Part shown: in pieces, positions 44,462 to 58,189 of the stretch
How the letters are laid out: the number at the start of each line of letters is the position of its first letter
How positions within the stretch are numbered: position 1 is the first letter of the stretch
The notes under the pieces: generated by a model
Told to the model about the DNA's origin: nothing
Databases searched by the model: none
What the model saw: only the letters and a program-made list of their open reading frames with translations
Source: Eledone cirrhosa
Taxonomy: Eukaryota
Direction: 5' to 3'
DNA: 64,000 nt
Assembly (NCBI GenBank): GCA_964016885.1
Contig: OZ024740.1
Span: 324,942,001-325,006,000, forward strand
Position numbers and translations under genes: made by a program

Positions 44462-44872
44462 TGTGTGTGTCTGTGTGTGTACTACAGAAAGATTTTTAAT
44501 TTTTAAAGCCTTTTGTTCTATGAAATGCAATATCGATAAATCAACAACAAATAATTATAATAATAATAACACCATTACTAATAGTAAAATTTAATAAAGA
44601 ATCGCCTACTCTACTGATGTCCACATTACAGAACCACAGCTACCATAACGACGACGACGATGGTCATGATGATGATGATGATGATGGTTATGATGGTGAT
44701 GATGATGATGATGATGATACTATTTGATGCGTAATATTATTGTTGCTACTGTTGTCTGGTATAATTGAACAAATTCGTTCCCAGATTCTATTATTACATT
44801 ACACACACACACACACACAATCATATATATCTATATATCTATATATATATATATATATGTATATAAATTTTT

Positions 44873-44924
<52 letters not shown>

Positions 44925-45396
44925 ACTGTTTAAAATTCTACATTTCGAACAAATCTCTTCTAGTGGAATAATATTATTTTAAAATTTTAATTTAATTTAA
45001 AATTTCAATCTCATTGTTATTGTTTTTGTTTCTTTCTTTCCTCGCCATTCTCTGAACACATTTGTAGAGAATGGGAGGAGATTTACGGCCATGACTGGCC
45101 GTGGGATTTGCATCCATTTCTACCTGACCATAAATTTGCCTTTTCCTGGTACAAACCGCGACAGGGTGTTTAGTGGAAGAATAGCAGTCATCCCAGTATG
45201 TCTTTCCTCTCCTCCACACTAATGTATGTGAAGTCAATGGTGAAGCCTGTTACATATTGTCACTTGTGTTGATACACATTATTTATAAGCCTTCTACAAC
45301 AAGTGCTCCTGATGATTCAATCAACGGACCGCTTATATATGGTGCTGTCAAAGGGAAAGGTAAAAGGTTGATACAACTTGGCACCAGTGACACTGC

Positions 45397-45565
<169 letters not shown>

Positions 45566-45698
45566 GAAGGTAGATAAGGTTTTGTGTATCAAGAATGAAT
45601 ACTTAAATAAGAAGACTGCTTACCAGAAACATGTTAAAGCAAATAATGTCCTATCTCTCTTCTCGCCGATGTTTATATTTTTCTTAGTGCAACATGTG

Positions 45699-45734
<36 letters not shown>

Positions 45735-45739
<5 letters not shown>

Positions 45740-45930
45740 AAGTATGACCCCGACGGCAGAACTCAAGCCGTTTCGACGGCTATTTCTGGACGAGTTCAGA
45801 AATAGCCGTTCGAAAGGGCTTGAGCTCTGCCGTCGGGGTCATACTTTTTCCTATTTCTCACTCTACTACCCTAAGTATTGAGTACTCTGGTGCGTTATGG
45901 TCCATCGGGTTCCTTACCACAATTCCTTTG

Positions 45931-45933
<3 letters not shown>
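45735..45933 (+). mobile_element. Family P fold-back pLTR
   Basis: Inverted arms centred at ~45790, same tail as 36545-36748. Confidence 0.8.
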
Positions 45934-45994
<61 letters not shown>

Positions 45995-46103
45995 AATTAG
46001 TATATCTACTAACATATATATACAGATGCATACCTATGCCAGCAAATATACAGGTTTTGTCTTAGTAACTTTGTGCTTCAATGCATGGGGATGCAGAACA
46101 ATA

Positions 46104-46504
46104 ATATGAGAGACGTAAAATAAGAAAATTATAAAAATTAACTTACTTACGAAATTTTCACTCCAACTAATTAGTTTCTGAAAGGGAATAAACATAGTTT
46201 CCGAGGAAACATACGGAGAAGCCTTTCGTCATCAGGGAAGTCTATTCTAAGCTAAGTTTCCAGGCAATACGTGGACACAGGGAACTTATACAAAAATAAT
46301 TCAGTGGATGGCACTGAATTATTTTTGTATAAGTTCCCTGTGTCCACGTATTGCCTGGAAACTTAGCTTAGAATAGACTTCCCTGATGACGAAAGGCTTC
46401 TCCGTATGTTTCCTCGGAAACTATGTTTATTCCCTTTCAGAAACTAATTAGTTGGAGTGAAAATTTCGTAAGTAAGTTAATTTTTATAATTTTCTTATTT
46501 TACG

Positions 46505-46514
<10 letters not shown>
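46104..46514. mobile_element. Perfect palindrome, 203-bp arms, 5-bp spacer GATGG; each arm carries a hammerhead (46377-46458 +, 46160-46241 -)
   Basis: ACTTCC-CTGATGA-cGAAAGG/CCTTTCa-GAAA-CTAATTAG-TT-GGAGT. Confidence 0.9.
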
Positions 46515-46547
<33 letters not shown>

Positions 46548-46550
<3 letters not shown>

Positions 46551-47838
46551 GGTGGGGCATAATTCCTGTTACAAAGTTTTAAATCAATTTAAAAATACAT
46601 TATGTTGCTAATATAACTAATATATTTGTATCAAATCCATGCACTATAACCATATTAACTATTTTTCAGAACATTACTCCATTAACAATTTGCAATGTCC
46701 ATTGAATTGAAAAAAAAGTTCATAATAGAGAAGCATGAAAAAGCCTGACTCCACCCAAGATATTTAAACTGGGGAAAATTCTTAAGATCAATAGAATGTT
46801 GATCAGAAGGACAATCGATCGATTTAAGGAAACTTCCTCGATCAAAGACAGACCTCAATCCAGACGCCCTCGCACCTCAAGAACACCAAAACTCGTTAAA
46901 AGTGTGAGGGAAAAAATAAGGCGTAATCCAAGAAGGTCCATGAGAAAAATGGCAGAAGAAGCAGAAACATCGCCGAGAACTATGCGGAGGATATGTCGAA
47001 ATGATCTGGGGATGTCACCCTATAAGTTCCAAAAGAGGGAGCTTCTTTCTGCAGCCACAATTGAAAAGAGGCTCTCCAGTATTGAACTGTATCAAGGATG
47101 GCACGCTGCAAAACATCATCTTTACAGATGAGAAGTTATTCACTGTGCAGCAGTCTCACAATCATCAAAATGATCGAGTACTTGCAAAAAGTCTCAAATC
47201 AATTCCTTCAAGTGTAGGAAAAGTGTTCAGAACACAGAAACCAGCATCAGTGATGATTTGGGCAGCCATTTCTGAAAGAGGTAAGTCTCCTCTGATTGTG
47301 TGCCTCAAGGAGTTAAAATTAACAAAGAACTTTACATAAAGGATATTTTTGAAGGAGCACTGATGCCATGGTGCATATCTGTTTATGGCGATGACATTTG
47401 GACTCTCCAACAAGATAGAGCGACGAGCCACACTGCTTGCATAACACAACAGTGGTGTAGAGACCATTGTCCTGCATGGTTCAGTAAGGAAGAGTGGCCT
47501 CCCACATCACCAGATCTCAACCCTCTCGATTTTTCTTTATGGTCAATTCTTGAGAGTGAAACCTGCTCTACTCCTAGTCAAAATATTGAAACTCTAAAAT
47601 CAAAACTAAATAAAGTATGGGAGAAAATACCCATGGAAACTGTTCGTGCAGTCATCGAAGACTTTCCTAGAAGACTTCCAGCGGTGGTGAGAGTTAGAGG
47701 AAAGCATTTCGAATAAATTGTTGTGCAGTTGTTTAATAGTATATTACTTACTATTTGTTGAAGTCAGATCTTGAAATAAATGTTTTTTTCAAGAACTATT
47801 TGCATTTTATTTTGTAACAGTTTTTATGCCCCACCCTG
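46548..47838 (+). mobile_element. Full-length Tc1/mariner DD37D (maT family) transposon, 1291 bp
   Basis: 28-bp TIRs CAGGGTGGGGCATAA.../...TTATGCCCCACCCTG (25/28 match), TA on both sides. Confidence 0.95.
46695..47716 (+). pseudogene. Frameshifted DD37D transposase
   Basis: HTH region DRPQSRRPRT..RNPRRSMRKMA; IIFTDEKLF; LQQD-(37 aa)-SPDLNPLDF; split over at least 3 frames. Confidence 0.95.
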
Positions 47839-47856
47839 TATATATATATAATTATA

Positions 47857-48273
47857 TATAATACAATATCTAGACAAGATAACACACCAGAGAGAGAGAT
47901 GGTGCGCTATCAGTCAAACAGGGAAAAACTACCAGTGTATGGAATCTATAGCCCATGGAAGGCAAAGTAGACACACAATAATTAAAAGTATAAATCAAAG
48001 TGCAAATACGTACCTTGATAACTATCTAACACACACATACAAATCCAACAGGATCTGTTTCACCAACTAATTTGTTGACAGAAATGATTAGCCTATGCTT
48101 CATCAGCGTGTGTAAGGCTATACATTTCAGACAATGCTAAAAGTATCTAAAGCGACCGTCCAGCCACACGTGATAGAGAGAAATTCACAGCGTGCCTAGT
48201 GCAGCAACCAGTGGACTCTGATAGCACACCATCTCTCTCTCTGGTCTGTTATCTTCTCTACATATTGTATTAT
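47857..48273 (-). mobile_element. pLTR-like element with ~57-bp inverted ends and a degenerate HHR core (~48050-48112)
   Basis: 47857-47914 vs 48218-48273 inverted; minus strand CTGATGA..GAAA-CAGATCCTG-TT. Confidence 0.65.
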
Positions 48274-48294
48274 AAAGGGCTCGGGATTCCTTGT

Positions 48295-48342
<48 letters not shown>

Positions 48343-48606
48343 GGAAACTATATTTATAAAACCATATTTATTTCATTATACATATTTCAAGGGCACCAAG
48401 TTAAATTATGGTGTGCTTTCATCAGATAAAATATAATATAGATCAGTTTCATAAATAAATATTGACATACCCTTAAAGAATGCAACCATTACTGTTGGAA
48501 GCTCCCGGATAGTGGAGTTGTAGCTTTAATTATATTATTATTATATTATTATTATTATATATATATATAAGAAAAATTGTTTCATTTGTACATCCCTATT
48601 TATTTT

Positions 48607-48672
48607 GTTATACATGTTTCAAAGACGTATGCCAGTTGTATGACCACTATCCTACGTGTTCTCTTCAGCTAT
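48607..48672 (-). ncRNA. Degenerate hammerhead motif
   Basis: CTGAAGA-GAACACGTA/TACGTCTTT-GAAA-CATG-TA; stem I poor. Confidence 0.5.
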
Positions 48673-48771
48673 AAATCCAAATGCGTTGTACATATCCAGT
48701 GATATGTTACCGGTAATACGTGTTATTCCCTTCGCCGACCAGTAAGCATATATATATATATATATATATAT

Positions 48772-49120
48772 AGTTAAAAGAATAGAGGTGTAACACACAA
48801 GTTATTATATATTGGTAAACGGAATAGAAAATGCTGACAAATTGTTCACAGTTGAAAAATGGTTTAATTAGGAATAAAAGAGTATTAGTGATTGTATGGG
48901 TTAGTATTCAGTTGTGGTTTTAAGTTTTTAAGTTTTTAAGTTTTTAAGTTTTAAAACTTAAAAACTTAAAAACTTAAAACCACAACTGAATACTAACCCA
49001 TACAATCACTAATACTCTTTTATTCCTAATTAAACCATTTTTCAACTGTGAACAATTTGTCAGCATTTTCTATTCCGTTTACCAATATATAATAACTTGT
49101 GTGTTACACCTCTATTCTTT

Positions 49121-49125
<5 letters not shown>
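48772..49125. repeat. Spacer-less palindrome, ~175-bp arms, centred on (TTTTTAAG)n|(CTTAAAAA)n
   Basis: Axis at 48952/48953; the left arm has one extra 8-mer. Confidence 0.9.
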
Positions 49126-49189
<64 letters not shown>

Positions 49190-49239
49190 AGGGAGTCAAT
49201 TCCATGGTGTTTTTTTTTTATACCCTTACCATTACAAGG

Positions 49240-49324
49240 GGTCTGACGTGCCGCGGATTACACAGTCGGGTCAGATCGATACAGATCGCACCCTAAGCTG
49301 AACATTGGCGAAACGCGCGTCACC
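49240..49324 (+). ncRNA. Type-I hammerhead with long structured stem II (A9>T)
   Basis: GGT-CTGACGT-GCC..GGC-GAAA-CGCGCG-TC-ACC; GUC triplet. Confidence 0.7.
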
Positions 49325-49392
49325 AACCAATAAACGTAATGAAGGAGTAACCAATCGTCCTTGTTATTTTATTTCACTATATATATATAGAA

Positions 49393-49572
49393 TTGTTTCT
49401 ACTTTTGACACAAGGCCAGCAATTACCCAGTGCATTACTGGTACTTTATTTTATCGACCCCGTAAGGATGAAAGGCAAAGTCAACCTCGGCGGGATTTGA
49501 ACTCAGATCGTAAAGGGACGTAACTATGCCGGAAAGCATGGCACCCGACCCTCTACCGATACTGCCAATCCA
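49393..49572 (-). mobile_element. Family A SINE, full length
   Basis: Reverse complement of the 510-715 family. Confidence 0.9.
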
Positions 49573-49782
49573 TAATAATAATAGGCTATAAGTATTGCAG
49601 GAGAGGAGGAAACAGAGAGATATAGATTACTAAATGCTCAATGCTTGGGTTAGCAGAGTTAAACATTAGAGGAGATTTAATATTGAGTATATTGTTCTCA
49701 GCAGAGCGGGAATAAGCAAATGAATGAATGAAGGAGTTACACGCCGTTAAAATGGCTTGTAACTCCTTCATTCTTTCTTTTG

Positions 49783-49822
<40 letters not shown>

Positions 49823-49828
<6 letters not shown>

Positions 49829-50120
49829 CGAAACATAAGTCAATTGCATGAACTCATAATCCTTTATTTACTGCTATATATATTTCGATGATAGCCGTTG
49901 AATGGCTATGATCTTATCAGGCAATTAGTCAGTTCTTAGATATGCCAGCTCTGTGTTTATCGTGTTGATGGTATCAGAGCCTTGGGACATATGAGCTTGT
50001 TAGGAATATTTTAATGTTGTCAGCAGGAATAATCTTAATTCTCATTGGTCAGTTTGTAGATGCTAGTAGGGTTGGTATTTGACCTCAAAGAGGCAGGTGG
50101 TGTAGTAAAGTATGGCTATA
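49823..50120 (-). mobile_element. pLTR fragment, sister of 8777-8940, with HHR at 49870-49925 (G8>A)
   Basis: ~165 bp near-identical to 8777-8940. Confidence 0.8.
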
Positions 50121-50619
50121 TTATAAAGAGTCGGGATCCTACGGCTGAGCTCGAGATGTTTCAATAGCTAATTCCAACCATCTGGAACAAGCTGTTGAAA
50201 TGGAAAGTCATGTCCAGACTTTACACAATTAGGTACAAAACTTTGATTTTGTACCTAATTGTGTATGGTTGGCTATATGTCTAATCAATTTCTACGGGCT
50301 ATTAGAAATACTAGGTAAATCTTCTGTGGCTGTTGATCACGGATAAAATAGCTATCATTTATTTATCTATTGTTTCTTCATAGGTACATTTTAAACTTAT
50401 AGCCTGGTTTAATTGATTTTTTGTGTAGTTAATTATGCTGATTAGGAGAAGAAATACTGTATATATTTTATCAAATGATTCTATGGACTCACTTTCTTAT
50501 ATATTACTCTGATTGTTGACTATTTAATTCATCATTCGTCATTGAGCCACACCGTGAATTGTTGCCAAAAACACATATATATATATTTATGCTCTGTCTA
50601 GTTTATGTATATGTAAATC

Positions 50620-50719
<100 letters not shown>

Positions 50720-52330
50720 TCTTCCACTCAGTGGATAGGAAGAATGTTAAATTAAGTGTCTTACTCAAGGACAAAACACTTTATCCGAGAATCAAACTCC
50801 TGATCTTATGTTCGTGAGTTTAGCACCCTACACAATGGTTCATGCGTAGATATCAACTTACTTTCGTAGATATTAACATACATTTTAAATAGATAGTTTT
50901 AATGTCGACCGCTTCAAATATGGAATGTAACATGTCGTCAGTAACCATATCGTTTCAATTGTTATCTGTTTGAATATTTCAATGGAGAATAAAATGATGG
51001 CATAAAGATAAGAAAAGAAGAAAAGAAAGAAAGAAATAATAAAGAATGAATAAATAAAATAAGTCTAATCATTGATAGAAAGTGATTATATTTTCTTAGA
51101 TTACGTTATAGTATTCCTGTTCTACTCTATAATCGTCGCCTTAATTTTTTTTTATTATTCTTTAGAAAGTGAACATTTGCATCTTATCGCTGTTACAAGC
51201 GCCATATTTATGAAAAACCTTTTACTATTAGTGGATTGATCAGAATTGGTAGAGCGCCGGAAAAAAACTTCTTTGCCCTATTGTTCTAGTTTTGTACGTT
51301 TGATCTAATCAAATAACAGTCCGACCCCTCATAACTTCTTTTCCTTGTGTGTATATATGTGGCGGTGCCCCAGCATGAGCCCAGCTTCTCGACTGGAACA
51401 CATAATAGAGTAATAGAGTAAACGTTATTATTGCGATAGATTAGGGGGAACTGTTAAAGCATAGGAAATATATTCTTATGGCAATTGTTCCGGCTCATTA
51501 CTGTCTAAGATCGAATCCTGTCGAAGTCAACTCTACTTTTCATCTCTCCGGAGTTTGATTAAATAAATGACCTGTCACGTACCTGAGACGACTGTTGCTA
51601 TCTCCCTGAAAATCTGCTGGCCTATGTTAGAAATCATTAATATAATTATTACTTTCCGTTGAAGTTAACTTAAAATTTCATAAAGGGTTGGAGAAAATAC
51701 TGCAAATTATTTCATCCAAGGCTTTAACAATACCACAAATCTAACGCCCTGTACTTGTACTTATACGGCAAAACAAGGAATGTAAAATTGAACTCGGTGG
51801 TGTTTGGTCTCAGGGAACAAATATTCAAAGTAAATAACTCATGCTATTTTGAACAGCAATTTGATAATTCTACCAATCTACTCTGGCTCTGGATTAATAT
51901 TTGATTTTATTGATCCCCAAACAATTAAAAACTTATTATCCAGATTGGACAAACAACAGATATATTTATCTGCCGCAGGCCTTCTCGTCACATACCGGAT
52001 TGGTTCTCGGTCGATTTAAACAATGAGCGTTCCAATTATTCGATTAACAAAACAATCAGCACATCAATTTAATATATAAGTGTCTGATTATTCCACAGGC
52101 ACGTGTACCTGTAGTGTAATTATCAGGAATATGCAGAGCGTCACTATGTATGATAAGGCTAAACCTTGGAAATTCAAGTACAGTCACTCCGACGAGCTTC
52201 CAAACAGTTTCCGTCTAGTCGACCTGAAGCTATGGTAAATGACACCTGACCAAGGTGACACGCTGTAGGATGTAACCCGGACCTAACGATTGTAAAGAGA
52301 ACATCTTAACCATTAGGGCATGATGCCTGC
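50720..52330. mobile_element. Patchwork of old SINE fragments
   Basis: Degenerate family A and family B motifs in both orientations. Confidence 0.5.
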
Positions 52331-52368
52331 ACCCTCACCATCTATATTTAGCCATCACTAATATAAAG

Positions 52369-52407
<39 letters not shown>

Positions 52408-53344
52408 TTCATTCATTAGTTTATTTATTTATTCGTCTCTTGTATATTTATTTAACAGAAATGTCACTGAAATGCCAAGAAAGAAAATATCAAGAAAATA
52501 AAGAGACGTAAATAGTAAACATCATTTTCAATTTTGGTTAATTTAGAATATTTTTATTATTTTGCTGTTTAGTAAACGAAGAGTTGTGCAGTTCCCATGG
52601 CCATTTTCAAGGCATCCAAGACTGATGGGAAACAAATAGAGAGCATGTACGTAGCTGTTTAAAGCTGAAGGAATTCATCCCTTGTCCCTGAACTATCGGT
52701 GGAGTCTCAGGGTTATCGTCGTGATATACAACGTGACTTGGCTGTGTTGTTACTACTGGCATAACTCTTCCCTCTCGAGATCTGAACTCAGTCGATGTCT
52801 TCAAATAAAAAAGAAATAGAGACGAATTGAGAAGAGAAAGAGTCTATTCCAGTACATGATAGTTACCTTATTCATCAACCTCGAAAGAATGAGAGGAAAA
52901 GTTTACATTGGTGATCTTTGAAATTAATGTCCAGAGTGACAGAATGAATACCACACGATATTCTATCCTACTTTCCTAGGAATTTGCCACTTTGTCGCCC
53001 TAAAATCTCCCACATATTATAAACTATTATATTATCAATGAATTACTTCACAACGTATGTGCCAAAATTTTATTTAGAGTGCTGAAGGTTATTTAGGCTT
53101 TCGTAGTGCCACCATACTGCATAACTAAATATATCATCGTTTTATTAACTTTAATAATAAAGCCAAAATCAATTTTATCTCTTTTGCTCTCCTTCAGCAT
53201 TGCTTCTGATATTCTCTCTATATATGTACACATAAACACACATATACAGGCGCACACGTATACACCCACGCATACATACATACATACATACATACATACA
53301 TACATACATACATACATACATACATACATACATACATACATACA

Positions 53345-53420
53345 TGGTGGCTGCCAACTCGTTTTCGAGTACGGCCACTACTTTATATCCATGTAGGAGA
53401 ACCCCTACCGATGCGCTGAA
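53345..53420 (-). mobile_element. Short 3' piece of the ~600-bp RTE-related element inside (TACA)n
   Basis: Matches 2422-2496. Confidence 0.8.
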
Positions 53421-53460
53421 CGAGTGACATACATACATACATACATACATTCATACATAC

Positions 53461-53540
<80 letters not shown>

Positions 53541-53738
53541 CAATTTCAATCAAGATGATGTATGTATATGTATAGATCTTGAATGTAATTTTTTCTTTAA
53601 ACAGATCAATAATTTAGCTGTCAAGAAATAATATTGAATCGCTACCGTCGTCAGCAACACTGCCGCTAAGTAGGAACATGGCTACCATTGTTAGATGAGA
53701 CGAGTATACCCCCCCCCCTCACACACACACATATGTAT

Positions 53739-53803
<65 letters not shown>

Positions 53804-53818
53804 CATACATATATATAC

Positions 53819-53871
<53 letters not shown>

Positions 53872-53876
53872 CATAC

Positions 53877-53962
<86 letters not shown>

Positions 53963-54009
53963 GGGGAGAGAGAGAGAAAACCAAGAAGTGATATATATAT
54001 ATATATACA

Positions 54010-54082
<73 letters not shown>

Positions 54083-54130
54083 GCGGTAGGACTGAGACAG
54101 CCTTTAAGCATAATGGAAGTGTATATATAA

Positions 54131-54201
<71 letters not shown>

Positions 54202-54534
54202 AGTGTGTGTCTCTGTGTGTATATGTGTTTATAAAGAATTAAAAACAAATATGATGTAGACAAACAATTCAAACTTCTCTTGCTGAATAATTTGAACTTT
54301 CGCCAAAAATACATTTAACAATGATAATAATCGTCATAATAATAACAATTGCAACAATAACAACAACAATAATAATAACAACAATAAAAATACCACCAAC
54401 AACAACAATGACTACAACGATGAAGACTACAGTGACGATAACATATGCTGACAGAGTAACTGTACTTTACCAAGTAAAGTACATTGACGCTCTTTGTGCG
54501 TAATGACACTCAATTTTCTTTACTGAATGTTTAG

Positions 54535-54568
<34 letters not shown>

Positions 54569-54606
54569 GCACACAGACACACACACACGCCACACATATA
54601 CGCATG

Positions 54607-54674
<68 letters not shown>

Positions 54675-54683
54675 CATACAAAC

Positions 54684-54729
<46 letters not shown>

Positions 54730-54932
54730 GTATATACATGTATATATATGCATATATATACATACATATATGCATACATACACACACACAAATATATATT
54801 TATGTATACATATATATATATATACATATACACATATATATATGTATACAACATATATATATATATACACACATATATATATATATGTATGTATATACAT
54901 ATATATATATACATATTTATATACATATATAA

Positions 54933-55056
<124 letters not shown>

Positions 55057-55157
55057 GTATATATCCACAGATGTTTTCTATCAATCATTATAAACATGTG
55101 AGGAAAATACAAATGTCATGTCTCCACGGGTATTTATACAAATATGTGTATCAACGA

Positions 55158-55258
<101 letters not shown>

Positions 55259-55713
55259 TGCGCGCGTGTGAATGTGTGATAATATCTATATGCATGTGCA
55301 TATAGCCATATTCATACAGGAGCAGAATATGACACAAACACACGTATCTCACACACTAATGACTTTAAAATGAAGGGCACACTGAATAATGTAGTCCTAG
55401 GTATACTTCGGGAATAAGGAATATGCGGTACTCAAACCATTTTGATTAATCATCTCCCGTATCGGTATGTTAAATCAAATATACTTCGATATTTGTTCCG
55501 GCTCACCTTTGCATTTTATCCTTTCGTGGTCGATGAATAAAGTGTCACTCCAGTACAGGAGTTGGTTCTTCTTCCATATCTTTTCATCAAGTTCTCACCC
55601 GCCACCCACCTCTCTCTCTCATTCTTTCACTTGGAGGAATCGGCTATATTGCAACATAGAGAGGAATGGACTCAGATAGATTCAAAATATGACGACGCCA
55701 CTAAGACACCATC

Positions 55714-55715
<2 letters not shown>

Positions 55716-55745
<30 letters not shown>

Positions 55746-56078
55746 CTTCTTCTTCTTCTTCTTCTTCTTCTTCTTCTTCTTCTTCTTCTTCTTCTTCTTC
55801 TTCTTCTTCTTCTTCTTCTTCTTCTTCTTCTATGCCCACTTATTCATGAAACGGTCGTGGGGGCAGAGTCCTCAAACACACCTTCCAACGGGCCCTGTCA
55901 GAAGTAACCGTCTCCAACTGATCGGGCTGGATCCCCAAGCAAGACCAGTCAAGCTCATGGATGTTATTCAACCATCTTGCTCAGAGTTTGACCCTGGGTC
56001 TGACCTGGTTCTCACGCCGATTGGTTTTGCCCGTAAAGTCTGTCCAGCGATTCTTTCCCGGGACATTCTAACCACATG
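55716..56078 (-). mobile_element. RTE LINE 3' end with expanded (GAA)n tail
   Basis: HVVRMSRERIAGQTLRAKPIG; homologous to 26917-27170. Confidence 0.8.
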
Positions 56079-56312
56079 ATACATTATGTTTTAATATTTT
56101 ATATCATATCTTGTATAAAATATTGTGTGTATTGTAATAATTGTTTATTTATTTCATGTTACACCAAACTAATATGTCTGTTATATAACACCCTTGCTTC
56201 TACATTCGTTTTTCATATAACTTTGTATGATCAGCTACATATATATTGTAATCCCTATGGTTATAAGGTTTACTATATTTCTATGTGCAAGCAATTGTGG
56301 CTAATAAGCAAT

Positions 56313-56518
56313 AGGCGGATTGGCAGTATCGGTAAAGCGTCGGGCAACATGCTTTGCGGCAAACAGTTATGGCCCTTTACGTTCTGAGTTCAAATCCCGC
56401 CGAGGTTAGCTTTGCCTTTCAACCTTACGTAAAATATTCGTAATGCACTGGATCGATTATATCGAACGTACAAATTGCTGGCCTTGTGCTTAAATCAGAA
56501 ACCATTATTATTATTATT
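56313..56518 (+). mobile_element. Family A SINE
   Basis: GGCGGATTGGCAGTATCGGT..GAGTTCAAATCCCGCCGAGG..(TTA)n. Confidence 0.85.
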
Positions 56519-57066
56519 GATTTCATAGATAATAGTGTTGCGACATAAAATTCGTTTGTTTATTACATTGCAAATATTTTCTCAATGAAACTGTGTCGTG
56601 TCATTCGTTTATACATTGGGGTTTAAATTTGTTTCTTTGTTTATTAAAGCACTCAGATTTAATCTCGTGGGAAAGTAATCATATTAGAAGACAGTAAATT
56701 TATAAAAGAGGTATTTAATGTAACTTATGTCCTCAGAACGTTTCGAAATATACGTTGTCGTGCATAATAAAGTCATTGGTGTCAATGATCTCTCTAGAGA
56801 ATTGTATAGGGGTTCCACGACAAAATTTGCTTGGGAACTCTTGTTCTATAGTAAAGTGTTATGAAAAAGTTATCTGCTTACATCGTTGACGAATTAGATA
56901 AATTAAAGAGTTCCTACAATGGTACCTACCCCTCAGAGTTTGCTTGTCTCATGTCCTAATCATTATGCCCTTTCGATTCATTCGTCTCATCAGCTCTGCT
57001 GTGAATCCAACACTTCCATGCTCCGCATTAAGCATTACGCTGAGTCCTTCCAGCGCAGACTGTCGG

Positions 57067-57149
<83 letters not shown>

Positions 57150-57968
57150 GCTCTCTCTTGGTCTGTTCATATCTTTCCAGTAGCAGACGATTTGCAACAC
57201 TTAAAGCAGAACAATAACACTATCAATATCACCAATCTCGGAGGACATGTGATTTCCATGGGAACTGTCCCTTTTCTCCATACCCACTAAGGCAAACATT
57301 AACAGATAGTTGAAACAGGAATTAAACATTTCACGCGGTTACGATGCCTGACTCACGTTCATAAGGTCGTGGATTTGATTCATGGATCGGGTGATGTGTT
57401 GTGTTTTTGAGCAAAATATTTTATTTTGTGTTGCTCCTGCCGGACGTTAAGACTGGAAGATATTATCAGCAATGGAAAGTAATGGAGACGTAGTTTGCTT
57501 GGTCCTATCCGACCATCGGCTCTCTTCCTTTATTTCGCAGGGTGTTGCAGCTGGCAGATAGGATCCATAATGAAAACACGCGTGGAAAACATGAGTGGAA
57601 ACATAGTTTCCTTGATCCGATTTGACAATCACCTCCTTTCTTCTATGTTCGGCTCCTTTCCTTTCTGCTGCCAAGAGTTGCGACTGGCAGCAGATAGGAA
57701 AGCAATAAAAACAACAATGGAAACATTGCTTCTTTGGTCCGATATTACGATCAATTCCTTTCTTTTTTAATCTTTATACTGCAACCGAAAACGATTTCTA
57801 AAAACTTCCATTCTATTGGTTTACACACCATGTCAATGTTACAGTGTTTAAACGTTTTATTTCATCTCATGTGTTATATCGATTTGGGAAGATATGATAA
57901 GCTAGCAGATTCTTAGGATGACTTGTGTAAAGATATATTCAAAAGAAAACGGTTTCTATGTGAATAAA

Positions 57969-58020
<52 letters not shown>

Positions 58021-58189
58021 TGGAAATGCTGTCAAGGAGAATCGTTATTCTGAGCATGTAGTTGTGATACATAGGATCATTGGATTAAATGGCTGATTAA
58101 TGTGTTTCTCTTTTTCTCTGGAACTGATATTGACTAAGAATTTTATATGTTGTGTTGTGTCATGCCAGTGTGTCCAATGTTATATTATA

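Noticed and set aside
44992-45260. Possible minus-strand exon
   Set aside because: Acceptor lacks a pyrimidine tract and no frame gives a recognisable protein
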